Under the pieces are notes generated by a model. It was not told where the DNA came from. It worked only from the letters and a program-made list of their open reading frames with translations, and did not search any database. Shown one piece after another: positions 26,740 to 37,569 of a stretch of DNA of 64,000 bases (positions are counted from its first letter, which is position 1; each line of letters starts with the position of its first letter). The translations under genes were made by a program, and so were the position numbers. Origin of the DNA: Scyliorhinus canicula (Eukaryota). Where the stretch lies: contig NC_052152.1 in assembly GCF_902713615.1 (NCBI RefSeq), forward strand, positions 86,937,228 through 87,001,227. The letters run 5' to 3'.

Positions 26740-27390
26740 ATGGCTGAAGGATACAGGTTAGAGGACTAATGTTGGGGTTGGAATGGCGCACAAGTGCTGA
26801 AGTACAGTGCTCATTACTGTATTTTAAAAATTAAACAAAAGACCGAGATTCAGAAACTCATTAAGTGGTCAAATTTGCAGAATACACCAAACTAGGAGGG
26901 GGAGTGAAATCTGTGATGGCAGCTCAGAAATTACAGAATGTATTTGGACAGAATTGTAAATCGGCATTAAAAATGGCTAATTAATTTTAATGCAGACAAA
27001 CGTAAAATGTTACACATAGGAACAAAAATAAAACAAAGCACATTCTCCAGGAATGGTGTTGAAATAGTTAAAACTAAAGCAAAATGAGACTCTGCATGTC
27101 CAAGCAATGCAGAGCAAGTTACCAACAAAGGCAACCGAATGTTGGATGACTTGGCCAAAGCTAGTGCTCAAATTTTTAGCTTTCCAGGCAGATCACACTT
27201 CAGAGAACTGCATCCACTTTCTGGTCACCATGTCATAACACTTTCAGCACATTGGAGGCAGTGCAGAGAAGAACCACATGGTTTCTCCCAAGTGTTAAAC
27301 AGCTGATTTTTGAGAAAAGATGGAGGTATTTGGGCATTTGAGCTCAGAAGAGGTGCCCGTGGAATGAATCATTAACAGACTAAGATAGTT
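26740..27390 (+). mobile_element. Old CR1 remnant hosting the nest; resumes at 42906-43009 and 43917-44085
   Basis: Degenerate RT text (aaatttgcag…caccaaactagg, ttctggtcacca, gaggcagtgcagagaaga). A CR1-type 3' end follows the nested elements. Confidence 0.6.
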
Positions 27391-27579
27391 TTTAAAAAAA
27401 ACTTTTATTCAAATTTTCAACAAATTTTAATCAACACAACAAAGAGAAACAGTAACCCCCCCCCAATACAAAAGCAATAAATTAACAAAACAAAAGAGCA
27501 TAAAACCATGAACCCACACCCCCATAGCAAACACGTAGCCCCTCCCCCACCCCGGGTTGCTGCTGAAGTTGACCACCCT

Positions 27580-30500
27580 CTAATGCTCCGCCAGGAAGCC
27601 TAGAAATGGCTGCCACCGCCGGAAGAACCCTTGTACCGACCCCCTCGGGGCAAACATAACCCTCTCCAGTTTAATGAACCTGGCCAGGTCATTGACCCAG
27701 GATTCCGCTCTCGGGGGCTTCGCATCCCTCCACTGCAAAAGAATCCTGCGCCGGGCTACCAGGGACGCAAAGGCCAGGATCCCGGCTCTTTCGCCTCCTG
27801 CACTCCCGGCTCCGATGCTACCCCGAAAATTGCGAGCCCCCAGCCCGGCCCCACCCTGGAGCCAACCACCCTTGACAGGGTCCCCGCAATACCCCTCCAA
27901 AAGCCCTCCAACGCAGGACACACCCAGAACATGTGGGTGTGGTTTGCTGGGCTCCCCGAACACCTGCCTCACCTGTCTTCTCCCCCAAAGAACCGGCTCA
28001 GCCTGGTCCCAGTCATATGCGCCCTATGCAGCACCTTTAGTTGGATTAAACTATGCCGTGCGGCGCAAGAGGAGGAGGAATTCACCATCCCCAAAGCATC
28101 CGCCCACATCCCCTCATCGATCTCCTCTCCCAGCTCCTCCTCCCACTTCTCTTTCAGCTCTTCCACCGAGGCCTCCTCCCCCTCCTGCACCACTTGGTAG
28201 ATTGCCGAGATCGTCCCCTCGCCAACCCACGTCCCCGAAAGCACCCTGTCCTGAACCCCCCTTGGCGGCAACAGTGGAAACTCCGCCACCTGCCGCCTAA
28301 CAAACGCCCTAATCTGCATATACCTGAAGGTGTTCCCTGGGGGAAGACCGAACGTCCCCTCCAACTCCTCTAAGTTCGCAAACTTCCCATCGAGAAAGAG
28401 GTCCCCTAGCCGCCTGATACCCGCCCTGTGCCAGCTCAAAAACTCCCCGTCCATCCTCACTGGTACAAACCGGTGGTTCCCCCATATCGGAGACCAAACT
28501 GAAGCCTTCACCTCCCCCTATGCCGCCTCCACTGCCCCCAGATTTTGAGGGTAGCCACCACTACTGGACTAGTAGAATACCTTGCTGGGGGGAGCGGCAA
28601 CGGCGCCGTGACCAGCGCCTCTAAACTCGTGCCCACACAGGACGCCGCCTTCAACCTCTGCCATGCCGTCCCTCCCCCTCCATCACCCACCTACGTATCA
28701 TTGCCACGTTCGCAGCCCAGTAGTACCCACACAGGTTGGGCAACGCCAACCCGCCCACTTCCCTCCCCCGCTCCAAGAATACCCTCCTCACCCTCGGGGT
28801 CTTCTGCGCCCACACAAACCCAGTAATACTCCTACTGACCCTCCTAAAAAAAGCCTTCGGGATCATGATGGGTAGACACTGGAAGAGGAACAAAAACCTC
28901 GGGAGCACTGTCATTTTAACCGACTGGACCCTGCCCGCTAGGGAGAGTGGCAACACATCCCACCTCCTAAACCCCTCCTCCATCTGCTCCACCAGCTTCG
29001 TAAAGTTTAGCCTATGCAGGGGCCCCCAGCTTCTGGCTATCTGGACCCCCAGGTATCCGAAGCTCCTCTCTGCCCTTTTTAGCGGAAGCTCCCCTATCTC
29101 TCTCTCCTGGTCCCCCATATGCACTACGAACAGCTCACTCTTCCCCACGTTGAGCTTATACCCAGAGAAGTCCCCGAACTCCCCAAGAATCCTCATTACC
29201 TCCGGCATCCCCCCGCCGAATCTGCAACGTACAACAATAAATCGTCTGTGTACAATGACAGCCGGTGCTCCTCCCCCCCCCCCCCCCCCCTCCCCGCACT
29301 ATCCCCCTCCAGTTCCTCGATTCTCTCAGCGCCATGGCCAGGGGTTCGATCGCCAACGCAAACAGCAGGGGAGACAGGGGGGACCCCTGCCTCGTCCCCT
29401 GGTACAATCGAAAGTTCTCCGACCTCCTCCCATTCGTCACCACACTCGTCACCGGGGCATCATACAACAGCCTCACCCACCTAATAAATCCCTCACCAAA
29501 CCCGAACCTCCTCAAAACCTCCCACAGGTATCTCCACTCCACCCTGTCAAAGGCCTTCTCCGCATCCATCGACACCACTATCTCAGCCTCCCCGTCCACC
29601 GCCGGCATCATTATGACATTGAGAAGCCGCCGCACATTAAAGTTCAACTGCCTCCCCTTCACAAAACCTGTTTGATCCTCGTGAATAACCTGCGGCACCA
29701 CATCCTACACCCTCCTGGCCAATATATTGGCCAGCAGAAGAGCGAAATCGGCATGTATGACCCACACTGGAGGGGGTCCTTATCCCGCTTCAGAATCAAT
29801 TAAATTAACGCCCTGGACATTGTCGGGGGCAAAGCCACCCGCCCCTCCCTTGCCTCATTCAAGGTCCTCACTAGCAGCGGGCCCAGCAGGTCTGAAAACT
29901 TCTTATAAAATTCCACCGGGAACCCATCGAGCCCCGGTGCCTTCCCTGACTGCATACGCCCCATCGCATTGACCAGCACCTCCAGCTCAACTGGTGCCCC
30001 CAGACCCTCCACCTGCTCCTCCCCTACTCTCGGGAACTCTAGCTTGTCCAAAAAGCGGTCCATTCCCCCCTCCTCCCCAGGGGGTACTGACCGGTATAAC
30101 TCCTCATAGAAGGTCCTAAACACTCCGTTAATGCCCCTTGCACTCCGCACCAGACTCCCTCCTCCATCCCTAACACCCCCTATCTCCCTCGCCGGAGCTG
30201 GTGGGCCAGCATCCGACTCGCCTTCTCCCCGTATTCGTATACCGCCTCTTGTGCCCTCCTCCACTGCGCCTCCACTTTCCTGGTGGTCAATATATCAAAC
30301 TCCACTTGGAGACTACGACGCTTCCTCAATAGCCCTTCTTCCGGGACCTCCGCGTACTTCCTGTCCACCCTCACCATTTCTTCCACCAACCTCTCCCTCT
30401 CCCTTTTCTCCTCCCTCTCCCTATGTGCCCTAATGGTAATCAGCACCCCCAAACCACCGCCTTCAGCGCCTCCCAGACCACCCCCACCTGCACCTCCCCA

Positions 30501-31364
30501 TTATCATTAGTTTCTAAATACCCCTCTATGCACCTCCGGACCCGCCCACATACCTCCTCGTCAGATGGCAGCCCCACCTCTAACCTCCACAGCGGGCGTT
30601 GGTCCCTCCCCTCCCCCAGCTCTAGGTCCACCCAATGCGGGGCGTGATCCGAGATGGCTATCGCCGAATACTCTGCCCCTACCACACTTGGAATCAACGC
30701 CCTGCTAAAGACAAAAAAGTCAATCTGTGATTAAGCCTTATGGACACAGGAGAAGAACGAGAATTCCCTACCCCCGGCCTCATAAACCTCCAAGGATCCA
30801 CCCCTCCCATCTGGTCCATGAACCCCCTCAGCACTGTGGCCGCCGCCGGCCTCTTACCCGTCCTGGACCTGGAGCGATCCAGTGCTGAGGTATGTCCAGC
30901 ACTGTATTGAAATCTCCTCCCATTATCAAGCCCCCCGTCTCAAGGTCTGGAATCCGGCCCAGCATACGCCGCATAAAGCCTGCATCGTCCCAATTTGGGG
31001 CGTACACATTAACCAGCACCACCCGCTCCCCCTGGAGCCTACCGCTCACCATCACATATCTGCCACAACTATCCGCCACCACACTCGACGCCACAAACGA
31101 CATACTCTTCCCCAACAAAATCGCCACCCCCCGGTTCCTCGCATCCAACCCCGAATGGAAGACTTGCCCAACCCACCCCTTTCTCAACCTTACCTGATCT
31201 GCCACCCTAAGGTGCATCTCCTGGAGCATAGCCACATCCGCCCCCAGCCCCATCAAATGCGCAACCACCCGGGCTCGCTTGACCGGCCCATTCAGCCCCC
31301 TTACATTCCATGTGACCCGCCGAATCGGGGGGCTATTCCCCCTCCCTCTCCGCCGGTCAGCCAT
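27580..31364 (-). pseudogene. L1-A ORF2 (APE endonuclease, RT, C-terminal zinc knuckle), frameshifted
   Basis: TWNVRGLN, LQE, NVYAPN, GGDFN, SDH; QTGF, DAEKAFDRVEW, GTRQGSPLSPLLF, YTDD. Several frameshifts, including an expanded G tract at about 29272-29290. Confidence 0.9.
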
Positions 31365-31377
31365 AACTCTTCCTCGG

Positions 31378-31660
31378 TGTGGTGAATGTACATCATGTAA
31401 TTCACACTGTATAGTATTGTGTCGTTGTGGGCTCTGTCTGTGAGCCGTTGTGCGGCTCTGCCCACAGGGGGAGATGAGGAGCTTGTACAGGGCTCAACCC
31501 TCGGCTCCGCCCATGGCCCCTCCCACTACCGGAAGTATAAAGTGCTGCAGCCTTGTGTGTCTGCCCTCAGTTCTTCTGGTCGCAGGCAGGCTCAGTTGTA
31601 AGTCTATTAAAGCCACAGTTTACTTCCTATCGTGTCTCGAGTGAATTGATGGTCACATCA
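31378..31660 (+). repeat. Gypsy 5' LTR (283 bp)
   Basis: TATA gtataaag near 31535, ATTAAA at 31606-31611, and 13 differences from the 3' LTR. Confidence 0.93.
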
Positions 31661-31685
31661 ATTTAATAGACTTAAGAAAACTACT

Positions 31686-34600
31686 ATGGAATCAGCCCTC
31701 AAACCTGATCGACTAGAACTCAACCCGCAGGCTGCAGAGGCGAAGGAAATCTTCCTACACTGGCTCCGGTGTTTCAAGGCCTACCTGGCTGCATCGACTA
31801 CCTCCGCTACTACAAATGAGCAGAAACTCAGCCTACTGCATGCACGGGTGAGCCATCGCATCTCTACACAACTCAACAGTACCGACTCGTACACCTAGGC
31901 CCTCGCTATGCTCGACCGATTATACAAGCGGCCTGTAAACGAGGTCTACGTGCGGCATATTTTCGCTACCTGTCGGCAGCGCCCCACAGAGTCGCTAGAG
32001 GACTACCTGCGTGATTTAAAAGCCCTTGCACGGGAATGTAACTTTCAGGCTGTAACTGCCTCCCAGAATATGGAACCCGCTGTCCGTGATGTGTACGTTG
32101 CGGGTCCGGTCTAATTATATGCGCCAGCGACTCCTCGAAAAAGGGGCCCAGAACTTGGAGGACACGGTAGCGCTAGCAACCTCAATGGAGGTTGCGTTTC
32201 CAAGTCTCAAGTCGTTCCCCGCAGACCAAGCGACCCCATTGTGGACCCCCGACCAGCGACTGCCCCAGGCCTGCGCCGCGCGGCCACCCACCCACTATGG
32301 AGCGCCAGCTTGCCATTTTTGGGGTCAGCCCCAGCACCCACGGCAGCACTGCCCGGCCCGCAACGCGAGCTGCAGCAGCTGCGGTCGAAAAGGACATTTT
32401 GCTAAAGTATGCCTGTCGAAATTGAAACCCTCTAACTCCCCCGCAGTCCAGAGCAATCGCTCCCCCAACTCGCAAGCCCGCAGACCCCGTAATGTTGCAG
32501 CGTGCCTGCCGACTCCGCCTCCACCCGACATATGCGACTCATGGGGGTCGCCATCTTGGCAATCCTCCCCCACGCAGCCGGCCATGTGCGAGTCATGGGG
32601 GCCGCCATCTTGGGCGCCATCTTCCTCGCCGCCCGCCACGTGCGATCCACAGGGCGGCCATCTTGGATGCCATCTTCATCTTCAACGGGGGCCGCCACCT
32701 TGGCCATCATCCGAAGTTCACCTCGACGACTACGACCTCCGCGGACAGTCATCACGGGGACACTCCAGCATTGCTGATCGAGCCACCGACTACCCGAAAC
32801 TCAACGCAGTCACCCTCATGACCAGTCGCGTCCGAAGCACCTCAGGAGCTCGATGATGCCCGTTCAAGTCAACGGATACAAGACATCGTGCCTCTTCGAC
32901 TCCGAGAGCATCGAGAGCTTCGTACATCCTGACCTGGTAAGACGCTGTTCGCTCCCTATCTTCCCAGCACGGCAAACTATCTCCCTCGCCTCGGGGTCGC
33001 ACTCAGTTCAAATACAAGGGCGCACCGTTGCGACCCTAACGATACAGGGCGCCAGCTACTCTAATTTCCAGCTGTACGTACTCCCAGACCTCTGCGCCCC
33101 ACTCTTACTCGGGCTCGATTTTCAGTGTAATCTCAGGAGCCTCACACTCAGCTTCGGCGGACTCCTACCCCCTCTCACGATATGCAGCTTAGCGACTCTA
33201 AAAATCGATCCCCCTCCACTCTTCGCGAACCTAACGGCTAACTGTAAACCAGTAGCCACTCGCAGCAGGCGGTACAGCCTGCAGGACAGAGTATTCATTA
33301 GAGCCGAAGTCCAGCGGCTCCTACGTGAGGGAGTCATAGAGGCCAGTAACAGCCCCTGGAGAGCTCAGGTGGTGGTCATCAAGACCGGGGAAAGGTTCCG
33401 GATGGTGGTTGATTGCAGCCAAACCATTAACCGGTTCACGCACCTCGATGCGTACCCCCTCTCCAGAATTGCAGACATGGTCAACCAGATCGGCCAGTAC
33501 CGCATCTTCTCCACAGTGGATCTGAAGTCTGCATACCACCAGCTCCCAATCCGCCCGGAGGACCGCCACTACACGGCGTTCGAGGCAGATGGCCACCTCT
33601 TCCCTTTCCTCCGGGTCCCCTTTGTCATCACAAATGGGGTCTCGGTGTTCCAACGAGCAATGAACCGAATGGTGGACCAGTACGGGCTGCGGGCCACGTT
33701 TCCGTAGCTGGATAACGTCACCATCTGCGGCCATGACCAGCAGGACCACGATGCCAACCTCCACCGATTTCTCCAAACCGCCCAGAAACTCAATCTCACT
33801 TACAATAAGGAGAAATGCGTTTTCCGCACTACCAGACTAGCCATCCTAGGCTATGTCGTGAAAAACGGAGTCCTGGGCCCCGACCCGGACAGGGGTCTTA
33901 CAACTCCCTCTCCCTCATTGTCTCAGGGCCCTCAAGAGGTGCCTGGGATTCTTCTCCTATTACGCCCAGTGGGTCCCCCAGTATGCGGACAAAGCCCACC
34001 CACTATTTAAGACCACACTCTTCCCACTGTCAGCCGAGGCTCGCCAGGCCTTCAACTGCATCAAGGAGGACATCGCCAAAGCCGCCATGCGGGCGGTGGA
34101 TGAATCCGTCCCCTTTCAGGTGGAGAGCGATGCCTCAGAGGTCGCACTCGCTGCCACTCTGAATCAGGCAGGGAGACCAGTAGCTTTCTTTTCCCGAACC
34201 CTCTCCGCTTCGGAACTTCGACACTCCTCAGTCGAAAAAGAAGCCCAAGCCATTGTGGAAGCCGTACGGCACTGGAGGCACTACCTCGCAGGTAGGAGGT
34301 TTACCCTCATCACCGACCAGAGATCGGTTGCCTTCATGTTCGACAACTCGCAAAGGGGCAAAATAAAATACGATAAAATCTTGAGGTGGAGGATCGAACT
34401 CTCCACCTATAATTACGACATCATATATCGGCCGGGGAAGCTCAACGAGCCCCCAGATGCCCTGTCCCACGGCACATGCGCCAGCACGCAAGACGACCGA
34501 TTAAAGGCTATCCACAACGACCTCTGCCACCCGGGGGTCACCCAGCTCGCCCACTACATCAAAGCCCGAAATCTGCCTTTCTCCACCGAGGAGGTAAAAG

Positions 34601-35500
34601 CCATCACCAGGGATTGCCCGATCTGCGCGGAGTGGAAACCGCACTTCTATAGACCAGACAAGCCCCACCTGGTAAAGGCTTCCCGGCCCTTTGAACGCCT
34701 GAGCATCGATTTCAAAGGGCCACTCCCCTTGACCAATCGAAACGTGTACTTCCTCAACGTCATAGACGAATTCTCCCGTTTTCCATTTGCTATCCCATGC
34801 CCCGATATGACCTCCCATACAGTCATCATAGCCCTGCACAGTGTCTTCACCCTGTTCGGCTACCCCAGCTACGTACACCGCGACACGGGTTCGTCCTTCA
34901 TGAGCGACGAGCTGCGTCAGTACCTGCTCGACAAGGGCATTGCCTCGAGCAGGACTACCAGCTATAACCCCAGGGAGAACGGGCAGGTGGAGAGAGAGAA
35001 CGCGACGGTCTGGAAGACCGTCCTACTGACCCTACGGTCCAGGAATCTCCTGACCTCCCACTGGCAGGAGGTCCTTCCTGACGCGCTCCATGCAATTAGG
35101 TCCCTCCTGTGCACTGCCACTAACCAGACCCCTCACGAGCGATTATTTGTTTTCCCTAGGGGCACTACCACGGGGGCTTCGCTCCCATCTTGGTTGAGGA
35201 CACCGGGCCCGGTTCTCCTCTGGAAGCACATCCGGACACACTAAACGGACCCACTAGTAGAGAGGGTACTACTGCACTCGAAACCACACTACGCCTTTAT
35301 AGAACACCCCGACGGCCGTCAGGACACCGTTTCCCTCCGGGACCTGCCGCCTGCAGTATCCACCACCACCACCATCACCGCCGAGGTACCCCTCACACTA
35401 CACCCCACCCGACCCCCCACGCCCTGCGCCCTCAGGTTTCCTGCACCCCCCTTCACCCGTCGCACCGGTCAGGAACGAAGCTCTGAACGAACCACCCCCG
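31686..35500 (+). pseudogene. Gypsy gag-pol with stops and frameshifts
   Basis: Gag with two Cys/His knuckles (CSSCGRKGHFAKVC), protease LFDS, RT (SPWRAQVVV, FSTVDLKSAYHQ, *LDN), RNase H (ESDAS…EKEA…TDQ), integrase HHCC plus D,D,E (SIDFKGP, HRDTG, GQVER). Confidence 0.9.
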
Positions 35501-36058
35501 GAATCCACCGTCAGATCCACACCGCCCGTCACCACTCAGCTATCTGAAGAGGTTGCAACCCCAGTGCTCCGCCGATCCCAAAGGACGACTCGGCCAATGG
35601 ACCGGCTCAACCTGAAGACTCGTCACCCCCGCCGGACTTGATTTTTTTTACAGGGGGTGAATGTGGTGAATGTACATCATGTAATTCACACTGTATAGTA
35701 TTGTGTCCTTGTGGGCTCTGTCTGTGAGCAGTGGCGCGGCTCTGCCCACAGGGGGAGATGAGGAGCTTGTACAGGGCTCCACCCTCTGCTCCGCCCATGG
35801 CCCCTCACACTACCGGAAGTATAAAGTGCTGAAGCCTTGTGAGTCTGCCCTCAGTTATTCTGGTCGCAGGCAGGCTCAGTTGTAAGTCAATTAAAGCCAC
35901 AGTTTACGACTTCCGGTGGCGGCGATGACGTAGGAAGCCGCACATTTGGGAGCTCCCGATTCAAACTGACTTTTCGGCTCTTTTTAGAGCCCAAAACGGA
36001 ATTTTTTTCGACATCTCCCGGTGGGAGAAGGTGTGGTGATCAACTTTCTCCACATTTC

Positions 36059-36904
36059 ATGACTCGAACTCGGAGTGGAAAGGGGGAAAAAATGGCAGCA
36101 GCTCCCCAGAAAAAACGGGGGAAGGATTCCAAGATAGCGGCCGGCAGAGCACCAGAGGAGTGGAGGCTGTGGGCCCAGGAGCAGCAAGCTGCTCTCCTGC
36201 GCTGTTTTGCAGATTTTAAGGCTGAGGTGCTGAGCTCTCTGCAGGAAACAAATAAAAAGCTTTCGGAGATTCAGACGACCCAGGGTGCTGCCATCCAGGC
36301 ATTGCAGGCACAGGCCGCTGAACGAGAGGAGGAGGCCGTGGTCCTCGTGAGTAAGGTGGAGGGGCACAAGGCACTCCATAAGAAGTGGCAAGACCGCTTC
36401 GAGGTACTTGATCACCGCATGAGGCGGAAGAATCTGAGGATCTTGGGCCTTGCGGAGGGGCTGGAGGGGTTGGATCTGACAACCTACATGGCCACGATGC
36501 TGAACTCGCTAGTGGGGGCAGGATCTTTCCATCTGCCCCTGGAGCTGGAGGGAGCCCACAGAGTACTGGCCAGGAGGCCTAAGGAGAATGAACCCCCATG
36601 TGCGGTGCTGGTGAGGTTCCACCGGTACAGTGATCGGGAGTGTGTGCTGCCCTGGGCCAAGAAGGTGAAGAGCAGCAATTGGGAGAATGGGGTAGTACGG
36701 ATCTACCAGGATTGGAGTGCGGAGGTGGCTAAGCGGCGGTCCGGGTTTAATCGGACGAAGGAGGTGCTCTATAAGAAGAAAATAAAGTTTGGAAAGTTGC
36801 TGCCTGCGCGCTTGGGGGTAACTTATTCGGACCGGCATTATTATTTTGATTCCCCGGAGGAGGCGTGGACCTTCATGCGGACGGAGAAGCTGGACTCGAA
36901 CTAG
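36059..36904 (+). CDS. L1-B ORF1, open 281-aa frame
   Basis: Coiled coil, RRKNLRILGLAEG, LEGAHR and RIYQDWSAEV motifs typical of L1 ORF1p. Confidence 0.85.
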   Translation: MTRTRSGKGEKMAAAPQKKRGKDSKIAAGRAPEEWRLWAQEQQAALLRCFADFKAEVLSSLQETNKKLSEIQTTQGAAIQALQAQAAEREEEAVVLVSKVEGHKALHKKWQDRFEVLDHRMRRKNLRILGLAEGLEGLDLTTYMATMLNSLVGAGSFHLPLELEGAHRVLARRPKENEPPCAVLVRFHRYSDRECVLPWAKKVKSSNWENGVVRIYQDWSAEVAKRRSGFNRTKEVLYKKKIKFGKLLPARLGVTYSDRHYYFDSPEEAWTFMRTEKLDSN

Positions 36905-37569
36905 GGGTTGGGTGTTGCGGGGTCGGTTGTAATGCTTTATTGCTGGTTTCTGCTGTTGCTGTGTTTTTTCTGTACTTTTGTAATTTTGATATGGTTATTT
37001 ATTGGGGTGTTGTTCTGTTTTTTGTTGGGGGGCATTGTTTGAGTTTTGTATTTTGCGGGGGGGGGGGGTTGGGGGGTTTGTTGTATTCTGTATAGGGTTG
37101 GGGGTATGGAGTGGGGCTGGTATTTGGGAGCTGCGTCAGAAGGGTGTGGTGGGGCAGTGCGAAAGCGCGGGCTTTTCCGCGTTGCGGGGCTGGGGGGGAT
37201 GGAGATGATGACGGGGGGGGGGGGGGGGGGGGGGGGGGCCTTAACTGGTTCCTCCCCGCGCTGGAGCGGTGCCTTGAGGAGATACAGGATGGGGGATGAT
37301 CCCACTCTGGGAGGGGTCGGGTTTTTGGCGGGAGTTTCCGGAGTCACCAGAAGTTAGCTGACCCACGGAAGTACAATGGAGGACGGTTCGCGGCTAGGAG
37401 GGTTCCTAGCCTTGGGGGGGAGGGAGGGGGGGAAAGGGGAATACCGGGTTGCTGCTGGCAGGGTCTGGAAGGAGCTGGTGTGGGCCGGGGGGGACGGAGG
37501 TGAGATGCTGTCGCCATGGGGACTGGATCAGGCGGGGGGTGCTGGCCTGGGGCGGGCAGGCGACAGGCT

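Noticed and set aside
28736-29803. 355-aa plus-strand ORF and other long ORFs antisense to L1/Gypsy coding regions
   Set aside because: These are shadow frames of GC-rich retroelement ORFs, with no independent motifs.
35244-35640. env gene or chromodomain after the Gypsy integrase
   Set aside because: Only about 400 nt of Pro/Thr-rich integrase tail, with no transmembrane, signal or chromodomain motif visible.
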